From NCBI RefSeq assembly GCF_009914755.1, contig NC_060925.1: 64,000 nt of DNA. One strand, 5' to 3'. Position 1 is the stretch's first letter; the number at the start of each line of letters is the position of its first letter. Positions 1-13,839 of the stretch are shown here, in pieces. The notes below the pieces were generated by a model. That model was not told the origin of the DNA. It made no database searches and worked only from the letters and a program-made list of their open reading frames with translations. The DNA is from the human T2T-CHM13v2.0 reference genome, Homo sapiens. The translations under genes were made by a program, and so were the position numbers.

Positions 1-651
1 TCAAAATACCAATAACTATAAGTAATTTTAGTACAGTGTACCTTTCTATAAAATAAATGACAAACTGAATGAATTTTCCTCAGCTAACTTAGGAATTGCC
101 AGTTCCTTACAAGACAGATTTATGCCACATTTGGTATCATTTACTGTTTTTTAAAAAAGAGTTTGAGGCCATAAGCTTACAGTGGTCACCCTCTTTTCAA
201 AAGGTTATTGGGCTAATGCTCTAATAATATCTTCTGATGCTGTTCTCCTATGGGATTAAAAGCAATCAAATCTGTAGGTGGGAAAAAAAATTCACATTTT
301 TCTTTGTTCCCCTTAGCCGACTTGGCTATGGTCTACAGAAGCCGAACTTTCATTAAAAGAAAATAAAGTTTCTAGCCCTTCATCCTGTAAAGATAGCATC
401 TTTATACCGTAAATCAATACACTGCCGTTTGGTTTGCTCTCTGGCTAGACAGACCAAAACAATATAGCATTAAGGGAAGTGGGAGCATCCCTTCCAAGCC
501 ATTTGTCTTAATGGAGTGCCCACTTCAAAACTGACTTCTTACTGCTTCCATGATGCCAATTTAATTGCTATCAAGCCAGACCAAAAGAAACAAATCCAAT
601 TATAAAGCCAATTCTTTGTAACCAAAATGGGATATATGTGAGTGTGCTGTA

Positions 652-892
652 GACTGCTTACCATGTGCCAGGCACTGTACTAAACACATAAATGCATTTA
701 TTTATTCATAAATGAATAATTGCCTTATTTCATCCTGTTAGGTAGTTATTATTTCTAATTTCCATTTTATAGAGGAGAAATCTGAGACTCAGAGAGGTTA
801 AGTAACTTGCTAAGGTCATAGAGCTCATGAGGTGGAGTAGCTGGGGTGCGAACCCAAACCTATCCAACCTCAGATTTTAGCCTCTTAACCAC
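652..892 (-). mobile_element. MIR SINE
   Basis: Reverse MIR core: ccattttatagaggagaaatctgagactcagagaggttaagtaacttgc. Confidence 0.85.
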
Positions 893-1121
893 GATATCAT
901 GTTGTCTAGCAAAAGCAATAAACTAATTCTTATTTCATTTAGATTCTGTGCTATTTCTAAACAAACATTTCCAAGAATTTGCCCAACAATAACTATTATG
1001 AAACAGAATAATATGGTATTTTTTGGCCCATATATCTTCTGTATGCAACAAAAGTGACACTCAAATCTTGAGGCATCTTTACTTCAAGGAATAGGGAAAA
1101 GCACACAAAATGTAGGGTCAA

Positions 1122-1270
1122 ACTAGCTGTGTAACTTGGGCAAGCAACCTCACTGAGATTTACTTTCTCATCTGCAAAATGGTGGTAATAATAGCTATCT
1201 ACCGGGATCATCATTAGGATTATAGCTAAAAATTGATCAAACACTAACTCCATGCCCAGCACTGTGCAGG
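1122..1270 (+). mobile_element. MIR fragment
   Basis: actagctgtgtaacttgggcaag...ctcatctgcaaaatgg core. Confidence 0.8.
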
Positions 1271-1745
1271 AACTTTGCTCAGATTGTCTCTTTTCTACAA
1301 CTTTTGTCAATTAAGTATTTTTTTAAAGAGTAAACTATATTGTCTAATTTAATGCTCACAATGACCCTCTGTGGATTTACTTATCCTGACACATATTCGT
1401 CCATTCATTCAAAAATATTTACACCAACTGCTGGGTGTTAAGAATGCAACATTATTCATGAGAAGCATGGCCACTGCCACCTCAATTGGCAATAATTAAT
1501 AATGACAACAATACAACTTTGGTGCTTTGGTTTTTCCTAGGTTTTTGATAGGGATAGGAGCCTCAGTTTACAAACTAAAGTTAGGGATTCTCTACTTGGC
1601 CTGCCAGTCTTTCAAGTAGTTGATACAGAGTACAGCCGTGTTGGATAAATGCTGTACTTGAGTTTTTATTATTGTCTGAGGCCTTTTACCTATCACAAGC
1701 AATGCTTCCTGATAAAAGTCTTCTCTATTCACTAGGCTAGAGTAA

Positions 1746-2111
<366 letters not shown>

Positions 2112-2184
2112 CCGAATTTGTTAATTGGATACTCTCTGCCTGAAATTCCTTCCCGTCCTTCTTGTTTTCCAGATCTACCCATTG

Positions 2185-2320
2185 TTATTCATTAATCCAT
2201 TTAACAAATATTTATTGAGTGCCTACTGTCTGCCAGGAACTGTTCAGGGTGCTTAGGATTCAGCAGCAAGAAAAAAAAAAAAGTCAAAAAATCCCTAACC
2301 CCATGGAGCTTACATTTTTG
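2185..2320 (-). mobile_element. L2 3' end
   Basis: aacaaatatttattgagtgcctactgtctgccagg...catggagcttacatt. Confidence 0.8.
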
Positions 2321-2837
2321 TGTGATAATTAATCATTCCTTAATCATTCTTTATACACCTGTAGCAGAAAATGGCACATTCTGAATATTGTATCCTCAGT
2401 ATGAACTGAGGATAGAAATGGTTGATGGCCACAAGGTTTCAAACACAGCACTAGCAATACGTTTGTCCATATTATTCACTAGAGAAACCCATTTCTCTAG
2501 TGAGGACATACACAGAACTCTGGTTTCTGAACAACAATAACCTTGTGAAGTGGGTAAATGGACTAAGTCACCCCACTTTTGGCTAAGTCAAGGATAGGGG
2601 AAAAACAGAACTAAAGATCCTTCCATGTTTCTGCCATTCCCTTTCCAGGGAGCCACCCTGTCTTGGCAACTTGATGATTCAACCCACTTCCTTTTTGGTC
2701 CTATTTCATCATCACATGGTGCTTAGTGCCTCAGCCATAATCCCCTGATGGTAAAGGGGGCCAGGAAGTGGGCATGCTGAAATATACCTGGCTCTGAAAA
2801 TCTGGATTGGTTTTTGGAAAAGTCTAGACCTCCAACT

Positions 2838-2878
2838 TAAAAACAAACAAACAAACAAACAAAAACCAAAAACAAAAC
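2838..2878 (+). repeat. (AAAC)n microsatellite
   Basis: Direct reading. Confidence 0.9.
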
Positions 2879-3029
2879 CCACAAATAAACTGTATTTTAA
2901 TAGTGACTCAGTAAATTATCTTTCAGGAATGTAACTACTAGAGCATCACAATACCCAATATGTCTTGGTTCCTAACTCAATATTTTTAATTACTTGCCTT
3001 TATTGGTCAGATAAAATGTAGAGTCAAGT

Positions 3030-3204
3030 TTCAAGCAATACCTTTTATTGGACTAATGGTGGAACATTGACAGATAAGCTTTGGGGATATAGAAAATTCC
3101 CCTCTAGGTCAGTGAGGGATTGACTCTGAGGAAAGGATTTCTGTAAGCAGAGAAGCCTCTCTGTCAATATTGTACAGTTTGTCCAATAAAAGGTATTACT
3201 CAAA
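3030..3204. mobile_element. Penelope-like element remnant (Penelope1_Vert-type palindrome)
   Basis: Nested inverted arms; gtccaataaaaggtattac resembles the vertebrate Penelope pseudo-LTR end; CTGAGGA motif at 3126-3132. Confidence 0.75.
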
Positions 3205-4494
3205 AGATGGTGGGTGTTTCGCTTTGACGTTTAAGAAAAAAAAATGAGTCTTGTGAACTAAAGATGTTATTATGTAGGACGGATCTTATAGAAGTCATCT
3301 GATTTTTCTAAACCTCCATTTCCTCATCTTAGAATCTATCCATCTACTTCATAGGGTTATCAGATGTTATTAGCTAATGTTTGTAAAAACATTTTTATAA
3401 TTGGAAAGTATGATAATATGTGCTATAGTTATCATTCATCATTAATATGACTAAACAATGAATGCCAATAAACTTAACAGATATCAAAGAGATGCTAATA
3501 CTGCAAGTTACCACAGTGAGAGTCCTTTCAAATTCCTATCTCGACACTGATGATTCATAGTGTTTGTTCAAGTCAACAAAATGCTTCTGAGTCCCTACTA
3601 TGGGCTAGACATTAATGTTCCATCAGCACTTTCATTTAGAGGAAGAAGCTGTTTATAAATAAAACATGTAAAATGTCATGCATGGGGAAAGATAGCATGC
3701 ATCCTATAGCCTTGTAGCACCTGTGAGGCTCTTTCCTTTGTTACTGTAGAGGCCTTCCTTTTCCGAGTTGTCGGTATAAACAGTTCCATTGATAATCCCT
3801 AATAATCTGAAAAAGAGCATATCTATGGTTCCTCAAGGCCATTCACAAAATACCAACAAAAGCTCTGCATTGTGTTTCAAAAAGAACAGTTGGATTCTAA
3901 ATAGACTCTAATTTTGGAAAACTCAGGGTAACAATTAATTCTCTTGGCTTCCTTTGTCAAACAAATCCAAATAAATAAACCAGTACTTGCAATGAGCTAT
4001 AGGAGTCTAGACTTTTCTATGCAGACTGATAAATACCTTATACTTAAAGGACCATCCTCAATCACACAAAACATTAACCCTTTAAATAGCAACTATTTAG
4101 ACCAGTTTCGTGTATTTGCCTAAATCCTCATCTTCCCCAAAGTAATAAAGGGTATATCAGCTATTGTTTTTGCTAGAAAGCTGTTATTTTAAAAACAGGT
4201 CATCAGATAAGTGCATTCAGGACCAGTTAACTACGTCTTGACAGTGTCTTCTCCTATAAGATGCAGTGAGTCGCAAGGATGAGTTTTCTAAGGAACCTTA
4301 CATCACCAGATGGAGATCTCTGAGAGCTCAATTTGAGATCTGTGTCTACAGGGGACCATTTATACTGAATCAGCTGAGGACTTCAATGAAACAACTGGCT
4401 TAGAGCGTTGTTTTTGCTAAAGGAATCAACAGATTCAAATGTATTGGTGTCTTAGTAAACGAACCCAAATTTAGCTAATTTATCTCATTTCTTC

Positions 4495-4780
4495 AATAAT
4501 TCATTCAATAACCATTTGCTGAATACCTACCATATGCTGGCCACCGTGGTATATGTCAGGTTGCTCACAGTCTGTGAGAGAGGCAGGCATAGTAACAAAT
4601 GCAATGTGATGGTGTTGGAGACACAGATGTGAAGGGGAAGCAAGAAGGGCTTCCAAGAAAAGACGAAGCTTGAGAAGAGTTGTGAGAAGCAGTACGAGTC
4701 AGTCAGAAAAAGATGGAGTTTGTGGAGACGGGAGTCCAGAAGGAAGAGCATAGGCCAAGCCCAGGGGAAAATGAAATCAA
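4495..4780 (-). mobile_element. L2 fragment
   Basis: tcattcaataaccatttgctgaatacctac... followed by L2-like purine-rich body. Confidence 0.65.
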
Positions 4781-5671
4781 ACCTCATGGTTCTCTACTGC
4801 AAGATGTCCCTTGAGGTCCTATGTAAGCTTGTTTCAGAACTGCCCAGGCTGACTCAGGAACCCAGTGAAGTTCTCTGGGAACTTCCTGGTTGTGAAGTTC
4901 CTGCTTGGAGCTTCAGGTGATTTGGGTGCCTCAGCAAAGCCTTTCTCTAAATGCAGGAGGGAAGGCCCAGATTCTTCACACCTGAGGAAAGCAAAGTCCT
5001 TTTCCAAAAAAAGATGTGGCATCTGGGAATCCCAGTCCTGGAAGGACAGAGGGAGTCATTAGGAAAGTTGGAATAATATTCTTCAGCCTTAGTATCATAC
5101 TCAATCCAAAATTTATCCTCGGTGAGAAGCCAGGTCTTTATCCTCACACGGAAGAGACCTTGGCTCTTTCTTTCACTTCTGATGTCACCCCAGGCTGTTG
5201 TCCAAGGAATTTCCAATCCCAGACAACAAGTGCGTTCAAATGAGAAAAGGAAATAAAGGTAAGTGAAGACAGAACTGGGAGCAGAGGCTTGAATTTTGCT
5301 CTAACAGAAGAGTGAAAGGAAGGAAGTTTCCAAACTCAAAATATCAAGAAATCAATAATTCCACACACAAAACTCAATAGTACTATTTTATATTCAGGTT
5401 ATTCACCCCCTCGGGCTACTGTTTGGTTCAAGATGCCTTAAAAAAAGGTAGCAATAACTAGAAGCAACTGTTTTCCTTTTCCATTCTCATTTCACCCAGT
5501 GGTTAGACTGAGGTTTGTTGGTTTGTGCCCATAGGCAAAGACTATGGGGGCCAATGGGGATCTTTGTAATGGAGTTATATACCTCTGAAAATAGGATTTT
5601 ATTACTTAAAAAAATCTAAATGCAACTTTCATTATAGAGACACAAACACAGAATTAAAGGTAATGTTACCT

Positions 5672-5992
5672 GGCTGGGCACAGTTGCTCACGCCTGTAAT
5701 CCCAGCACTTTGGGGGGCCGAGGCAGGTGGATCACTTGAGTTTAGTGGTTCGAGACCAGCCTGGCCAACATGGTGAAACCCCATCTCTACTAAAAATACA
5801 AAAAATTAGCTGGGTGTGATAGCAGGTGCCTGTAATCTCAGCTACCTAGGAGGCTGGGGCACAAGAATCGCTTGAACCCAGAAGGCAGAGGTTTCGGTGA
5901 GCCGAGATCGTGCCACTGTACTCCACACTCCAGCCTGGGTGACAGAGCAAGATTCCATCTAAAATCAAAAACAAAAACAAACAAACAAAAAA
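5672..5992 (+). mobile_element. AluS SINE
   Basis: Full dimer; TSD aaagg(a)taatgtta. Confidence 0.95.
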
Positions 5993-6589
5993 GGATAATG
6001 TTATCTTTGGTTAACTAGATAAATTGAAACATGCAAACATGGTGTCATCACTTTTTGTTCTTCAAGTTCTCACTATCAACTCAGACTACACAAAACTGCT
6101 CAGATTTAAGTAAATCAATGTTAACTTCAAGAATGCACTATTTTCTAGTCATCTGTTAAGTCAGTATGTATAAGATTGCTTCAGAGAGATGTGTAATTTC
6201 ATAAACCACCATAAAACTCGTCAGTTTACTTGTGTTTTTTTTAACCATCTCTGCTTTTCATTAAAAAACGGATAAGATCATTGCCAATGAAAAGCCCAGC
6301 CCCAGAAGTACAGTCATCAACAATTAAAGAAACATTTTATTGCTGAATAAACTCTTTCTCCTTTATAAGAAATGTCACAGGGCTATTTTTTGCTTTTGAG
6401 AGAAGTGGCGTTGTGATGACGTGTCCCTTTGAATAACTGCACACTCTGTTCCCCACTTGCACCCTGCAGAATGTAGCCTCCCTAAACACATGAAACAAGT
6501 CGTCCTTAAACCCCCTTTGGGAATCTCTCTGATTAGCTACAGAGAGAAACTTTCCAGTTCTGTTGTCATTAATTATGTATTCCTTCCAT

Positions 6590-6860
6590 AAATGCTTGCT
6601 AAATACCTATGATGCTCCAGACAGCATGAGAAATTCTGAGTTCACACAGGTGAAAATGATGGACTGGCCCCTGCCCTGACACTGTGTATAGTCCAGTAGT
6701 TGGAGACACAGATAAGGAAAAGGACAATCACATGACAGTATGGGATGTATGGGAGTACACTGGGTGCTCTAAGCAGGGGCCCTAATCCAATCTGAAGAGT
6801 TTGGGACACTTTGCTGGAAGATGGGCTATCTCAGCTGAGTGCTGAGCCAAGGGAAAAAGT
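6590..6860 (-). mobile_element. L2 fragment
   Basis: aaatgcttgctaaatacctatg...cctaatccaatctg. Confidence 0.6.
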
Positions 6861-6932
6861 GAAGATGTGGGTGCAAAGACAAAACAAACAAACAAACAAA
6901 CAAACCCCATGACTTTAAGAGGTGGTGTGGAC

Positions 6933-7229
<297 letters not shown>

Positions 7230-7236
7230 GAGGTGG

Positions 7237-7731
7237 TGTGATGGCTGATTTTATGTATCAATTTGACTGGGCTGGCTAAGGGAAGCCCAAACAGCTGGTA
7301 AGACATTATTGATGAGTAATGAAGAAAACAATGAATTGGTAGACAGAGTAACGAAGATTAGCCCTCACAAATGTGGGTGGACTTCATCCAATCCATTGAG
7401 GGCCTGGGTAGAGCAAAAAGACAGAGAAAGAATGAACTTGATCTTTCTTCTCAAGCTGGGACATCCATCTTCTGTTCTTCGTCATTGGTGATCCTGGTTC
7501 TCAGGCCTTCATACTCAGGCTGGGAGTTACGCCATTGGTTCCTCTGCTTTTCAGGCCTTCAGGCTTGGCCTGGAACAACACCACTGGCTTTCCTGGGTCT
7601 TCAGCTTGCAGGGGAAGATGATGGGACTTCTTAGCCTCCATTATCATGTGAGCTGATTCCTCATAATAAATCTCTTTTTATCTATCTATCTCCTATTGGT
7701 TCTGTGTTTCTCTAGAACTTTGACTAATACA
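7237..7731 (+). mobile_element. MLT2 (ERVL) solo LTR
   Basis: Starts tgtgatgg..tttatgtatcaa, ends cctattggttctg...gactaataca; flanks ggtgg/gatgg. Confidence 0.9.
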
Positions 7732-7849
7732 GATGGATTTGGATGAATTTCAACAATGACTTAAAAAAAATCAAACAAGATTGAAAATAAGCAAGCTGAC
7801 CTTTGAAGTCAATCATTTAGAATGTGTCTGTAAGAGCTCATCTAGATAT

Positions 7850-8115
7850 ATATGGCATAGAACAATAGGAAACAAACAGGATTTGGAATCAGAAAACTGG
7901 TTCAGGTCTAAGATTCTAATTCTTATATGCTATATGACCCAAGATAAATCACTTAAACTCTCTGGGGTGTGGTTACTTTTTTCTCATCTGTGAAACTAGA
8001 ATTACAATGTACCTGCTGTGCCATTCTCAGATAGTTGTTAGGCTCAAATGAAATAGTGGATGTAAACATTCTTTTTAAACTGTAAAGCATTACACAAATG
8101 TTAGTTATTATTATT
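7850..8115 (+). mobile_element. MIR SINE
   Basis: MIR core and 3' end aaatgttagttattatt. Confidence 0.8.
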
Positions 8116-9169
8116 AAAACAAAAGTAGAAGTGGGCTAGTAGAATTAATAGGATTTAGATACAAGAAAAAAAAACAGAGATTATGAATATAAAGTGAAAG
8201 ATAGTTCTCTTTCTTGCTAGGGTAATGGCCAAAATTAATTTCTCAAAGCCTGGGAAATTTGCCAGGAATATGTGAAGGAGGTACAAATTCCTATTTTTAA
8301 AAAAGGTAGAAATTTTAAATGTGATTTAAAAAAAAAGCAGTGCTCAGAGGTAGGAAAGCTCTGCTTCCTATTTAAGATGTCAGAGAGGAAAGCAACATGG
8401 CAAAATACATTATCAAGAAGGTTCTTAAGAACGTTAATGACCATATAGATATTTTCAGCAGCTAAAGCACTTAACTGAGTGCATAGATTTTAAAGAAAAA
8501 GGAAATGTAAGCCTACTGGAGTGAAAATGAGGGTAAAAAGTCAAGTTGAGGTGAAATGACTGTACAAAAATCAGATGACAGAAAGATGTGTAGGTAGAGC
8601 AGGGCCGTGAAAGAGGCTAGGAACGTTTCAGCAAGAACACAGACACCCGTTAGAAGCAGCAAACATACTGAGCATCTTCTCTCTGCCAGGCACTGCGCTC
8701 TGTGCTAGGGGCAGATAAGGTGCAGTTCCTGTTCTCCAGGGGCTCACAAAGCACTTGCAGATTTCAGTGCACTTTAGAAGCGAACAGAAGGGAGAGTGAT
8801 AATGGCCATAAGGCCTGACAACAGATGGATTTAAGACGGTGCTGAAAGAGAGATCAAAGATACGGGAGTTGTTTATGGAGCTGTTTGAAGCAAAAAAGAA
8901 AACATCTACGGCTCACAATACAAGCTGCATGATCATAGATGAAGAGGGGCCGTACTCTCTCAGGTCTGAGAATCACACTGCCGAGCCTTCCTGGGCCGCG
9001 TGCATTGTCTGCAGGAACTTCCTGTGCAGCTTTCACTGGAGTAAGGGAGAAGTGGAAAGATGCTAATTAGGACATGATTCAAAGGAGAGAGCAGGTATAT
9101 CAGGAGCTGTGGCTTCCCAAATATTATCTAAGACAATGGCATCATCTTCATCATTGATCTCTTCATCAC

Positions 9170-9365
9170 AAAAAATAATAATTTCCATTTATATGCCAGG
9201 CATTATACCAAGTATTTTATGTATATTGTGCCATTTGCAACTCTGTGAGATATACATCATTATTCTTATGAAGAACCTGAGGTTCAGAGAGGTGAAATAA
9301 ATTGTCCAAGGTCACACAGCATCTAAATGGCTGTATGATTCTAAAGACCACGATCTTTCCACGGG
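9170..9365 (-). mobile_element. MIR SINE
   Basis: ctgaggttcagagaggtgaaataaattgtccaaggtcacacagc. Confidence 0.8.
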
Positions 9366-9794
9366 GAGCAGAAACAGGTACCAGGCTAAGTGTTTCACAT
9401 AGAATAGGAAGCTGATTTGAACATGTGGCTAAGAACTGTGCCTGTGAACAGTGAGAACACACTGAGTCCCCTTCTTACACCACGTTTTATACCTGGGCCA
9501 CAGATACAAAGGAACTAGGCCAGGAGCCATTGCCCATTGAGTGGATGGACGGGAAAAACATGATTCAAGCAAGTCGGCAGGAGTCCTCATGGTATTATGT
9601 GACTGGTCATCCCCATATAATAAAATGTATTCTCGAGTGGAATAAAAATATTAAAAAGGAATGGTAATGTGAAAGCTATAAGTAGGCAACATCATTTCAG
9701 CAAAAACAGAACACTATAAATATTTTGTACCTACATTTTGAAGCCCAGTTCAAATGCCACCTCCTGCCTGCCACTTGTTAGATTCAGAATAATC

Positions 9795-10470
9795 TTGGCT
9801 CTGCCACTTTACTGTGTATCCTTGGGCAAGTTATTTAACCAGTATGAGGTTCTGTTTCTTTCTTCATTCATTCATTTGGCAAATATCATCGATGTCTAAT
9901 ATGTGACAAGCACTGTTCTGGGCATTGGGGATAAATCCATGGGCAGGGAAAGGGGCAGAAGAAGTAGACATAGTCCCTGTGCTTAAGAAGCATTTTAACA
10001 GGGGATTAGAGACAATGACAAATATATGCGGTTAGTGGTGCTAAGTGATATGAAGAAGAAAAGTAGGGTGGGGGGACAGAGAGTGACAAGGGCGTGATAT
10101 TATTTGTGATTATTAGGGAAGGCTTTACTGATAAATTGAAGTTCGAGTAGAGATCCGAATGAAGTGAGGGAGCAAGCCATTCAGAAATTTGGGGAAAGAA
10201 CATTTCAGGTAGAGGGAATAGCAAGTATAAATCCCCAAGACTGGAGTGTGTACATTGTGTGTGAGGAATAAGGGGTCAGCATGGCAAGGAGGGTGTATTT
10301 TGAGGGCAGACTAGTGGGAGATAAGACCCCAGGGGTAATTAGGGCCAAAGTTGTGTTGGGCCTTCTTAGCCATGTTAAGCTTTTGACTAACATGTAGCAC
10401 TGGGATGATTAAATGAGATACTGAAAGAAGAGTGATATTAAGTGCTCAGAAAGTGGTAGCTATTATCATT
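9795..10470. mobile_element. MIR (+) interrupted by L2 (-, ~9864-10390)
   Basis: MIR 5' half 9795-9860; L2 begins ttcattcattcatttggcaaatat; MIR resumes gattaaatgagata...agctattat. Confidence 0.75.
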
Positions 10471-11964
10471 ACGCCTTTCCCGACAATTGCAAGTGGGCGA
10501 TAATAAAGGGCATCAGAATTTTTTAATCTTTCTTAGAAATAATTCCCAAATGACAAATGGAAGAAAATCCTAGATCCCAAATGGTACTTCCTGTCCTCAA
10601 ATTCCAACTCCTTATCACTCTGGGGCACTCTTGCCAGCTATGCTGTGTTAGAATAGCTGCTATTATACTGAGCACGAGAGACATAAACATACATAACGAT
10701 ACACACCACAACCCAAATGTAAGCACCAATGTTTTTCATCATAACTTTTCATTTTGTGGCCACAAGTAACCAATTATTTGGAATCATTTTTAGTAAGTTA
10801 AAACTATATTAATATTTTTGCTTTTTGTCCCATATATGGATAATATTCTTTCACAAGACCACTCTGCTTCTCAGTGGCTCAAGAATAGTAACAGTTTGAG
10901 AACTGGAAAATGATGAGGTAATTGCTAACTTTTCAGTGACTTCTTTTTCATAAGTTCTTTATTTAAAAATAATAAGTGAAACCCACATAATAGAATGAGC
11001 AGAGTTAGAAAAGGATTTCTTATATATTATTTCTAGAGGACTTGCAGTTGCACTTTGTGATTCAGAGCTTAGTAGGCACAGAATTTAAAATAACTCTATT
11101 TATCTGCACAAACTTTCCTTAGCCTGTTGCAACTCCCCAAGTCCAACTCTTACACATGGGTGTTGGGTAGAATATACTGAATACAAAGTATACAAAGGCT
11201 TAATTTTTCTCCTGCCTACAAAGATCTCCAAATCTTTACTATTCTGCACAGCTGCCTAGAATAGACAACAGTAGAGCAATTGTCCGTGATTCAAGCTGAG
11301 GAGGAGTGAAAATACCATTAACCCTTAAAAACAGAATTATCTTATTCTTTTGATTTTGCTGCACACTATAATGTGTTTGTGGCCATATTTGGATCATATC
11401 CGGTTAGAACCAGAAGAACACAGGAATAATAGATATCATTCAGATAATAATTAGCCATGTACTTGCAATAGCGGGATGTGAAGTCAAAGGAAAACACTAA
11501 AAATGTTGTTTTTTTGGACCATGACAAAGAGCTTTTTAAATGAGTTTGAGCATTTTTTATGGCTGACTCATGTCTGGAGGCCTCACTGTGGTCACCAATG
11601 CTTCAACTTTTGTACTTTCAATTTCTATCTTTGACAATTTTAAATGCTAACTAACACAAGGCTTCTTATTGCCTGCAAGCACATATAATTTCTCTTTGTT
11701 TCCTCTGTTTTCTTTTTGTAAGCAAATGCAACAATTTTAGATCACATGTTTTAGTCATTGTTGCTGATTAAAGGAAATTATAATATGTCTTAGGACAATG
11801 AACCCTATAATTTCACCACTGATATTTTAAACTTATAAAATCAATTCTATAAATTCTGGCCTACATTTTTCAAAAATGTGGCCTAAATTATGTATCTTTT
11901 ATACTTGGTAAATTAAAGTTCCAATGACAGGAAAATGAATAACTAAATTATGATAGCATGACTA

Positions 11965-12120
11965 TTTATTTACAGAAAAAAGACTGGAAGGAAATAAAAC
12001 AAGATGCTATCAGTGGTTACTTTCGGGAGGTGGAAGTATAGGTGATTAATTTCTTCTTTGTATCTTTGTATATTTTCTAAATTTTCCTCAATGGTCGCAT
12101 ATTGCTTTCATAACTTTAAA
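11965..12120 (+). mobile_element. L1ME 3' fragment
   Basis: agaaaaaagactggaaggaaata...cagtggttac...gtatattttctaaatttt. Confidence 0.75.
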
Positions 12121-13839
12121 AAGATTTTAAAAATTTAATTGTAAAACACAAAAACAAATCCAGACATCTTGGTAGATTATTAATAAATTAAAATCACCTA
12201 AAATGTGCTTCTACAAAAAACAGACCTTACCAAGGGAAAGTAATTAGTTTCAAACCTTTTCTTTCTCAAAGGAATACTTAAGCTTTGATTTGATAACACA
12301 ATACAAAATTCCACTGGGCCAGATACTTCTTGGTAGTTCAGTACAGGAATTTTATTTCATGCATATAGAGAAAGAGAACTGGGAAATTCACAGTTAGCTT
12401 TGACTTCCCCACCTTAGTTAAGATGTCTTAAAATACCCACCCATTCTTCACTGTTCATGCACCATCTGGACGCTTAAGCCAGAGGAGGAAAAAAAAAGTA
12501 CATTGGACCATTTTGTGGCAAAATCTATCTGCATGATTGATACCGGCTGCACAGAATCAATCTGCTGGGCTACGTTTTGGCATTTTAAGCATGGACCCTT
12601 TCCCTCCTCCTATCTGACTCTTCAGAGATAAATTTCTAGGTCTAGAGCTTTACTGATTTTTAAAAGGAACTGCCCGAGCTTCCTCCCTCTCAGTTTAACT
12701 ACTTCTTCTGCCCTCTTGGCAGAGTGGCTACCCCTTGACTCTTCAGGAGAGCCAAGTGACCACTTTAAGACACTCCTAAACAGCTGACCTCCCAGAATCT
12801 GGCAGTCTGTGCTCAACTCTGTCCGTTTCCCTAAGTTCTCTTCTGTGGGTTGGGCTCCATTTAACTTCAAAGACAAATACTGGGCACAGAAATAATACAG
12901 AGAGGGCAGGGGGGCATGAGAATTGGGTCTGGAGCACCTACGTGCTGAAACAGATTTTCTTTGTTTTTAACCAGTGCCTAGCTACTTGTTGGTGCTTAGC
13001 AAATGTGAAATAATAAAAATGTTACTATTAAAGAAAATAGTAGAGTTATAAGCAGAAGGATGTTTGGGAACCATTGTTCATAAAAAGCTAGGATTCTGGC
13101 ATCATTTCTTTGATCTTTCCAACATTCTAGTTTGAATAAATTTGCTAAAATATGCCTCCCTTATGGGGTAGAGGAGTATCGATCAAACAGGGTAAAGGGC
13201 CTAAAAAGAATTTATCCTAAAAAGCAAGCCATTGAACATCAAATACAAATGTGACAAACTAAACTTAGAAGACTAATTATTATTCCTGCTCCAAGTTACC
13301 TCTTCCCTCTGCCTCAGTTCGTTTTGGAGGGTAAATTATCAATGGAGATGGAATATTAGTCAGTAGCAAGATAAACCTAAGCTGTCCTCATAATGGTACT
13401 TTGTTGAAATCTAAAACTAAAAGGGAAGAATTCTTGAGTATTTCCAATCACCTTTAAGTTATTCTTCCCACTTAAGAGATACAAGAGAACAAGCAAAATA
13501 AAAGGCGTCAACAAGAGTGTAGGTAATTATAAAATTGAGTGACAGGGCATTCATTATGGTATTAGCTTTATTGTTGTATATGGTTAAAATTTTTTGTAAT
13601 AAATTTGTTTTTAAAAAGTTAACAGCAAATGATAGGCACTTGTGTCTTCGCTTGGCCACAGAGTAAGCTGTGTGATCTCTGGAAAGTTCCTTAACTATAC
13701 AGAGAAAGTTTTGGTTAGTGTAGATAATCTACAGGGTGTTCTCCTGCTGTTGATTTCTGTAACACTTTCTTTTTTCAGTTACATTATTCATAGAATTTTA
13801 CCCTCAGAGATCTGGGGGAGACCCAAGAAATCAGTCAGT

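Noticed and set aside
4834-5243. Overlapping ORFs on both strands in unique sequence
   Set aside because: No recognisable homology and no convincing splice-site pair
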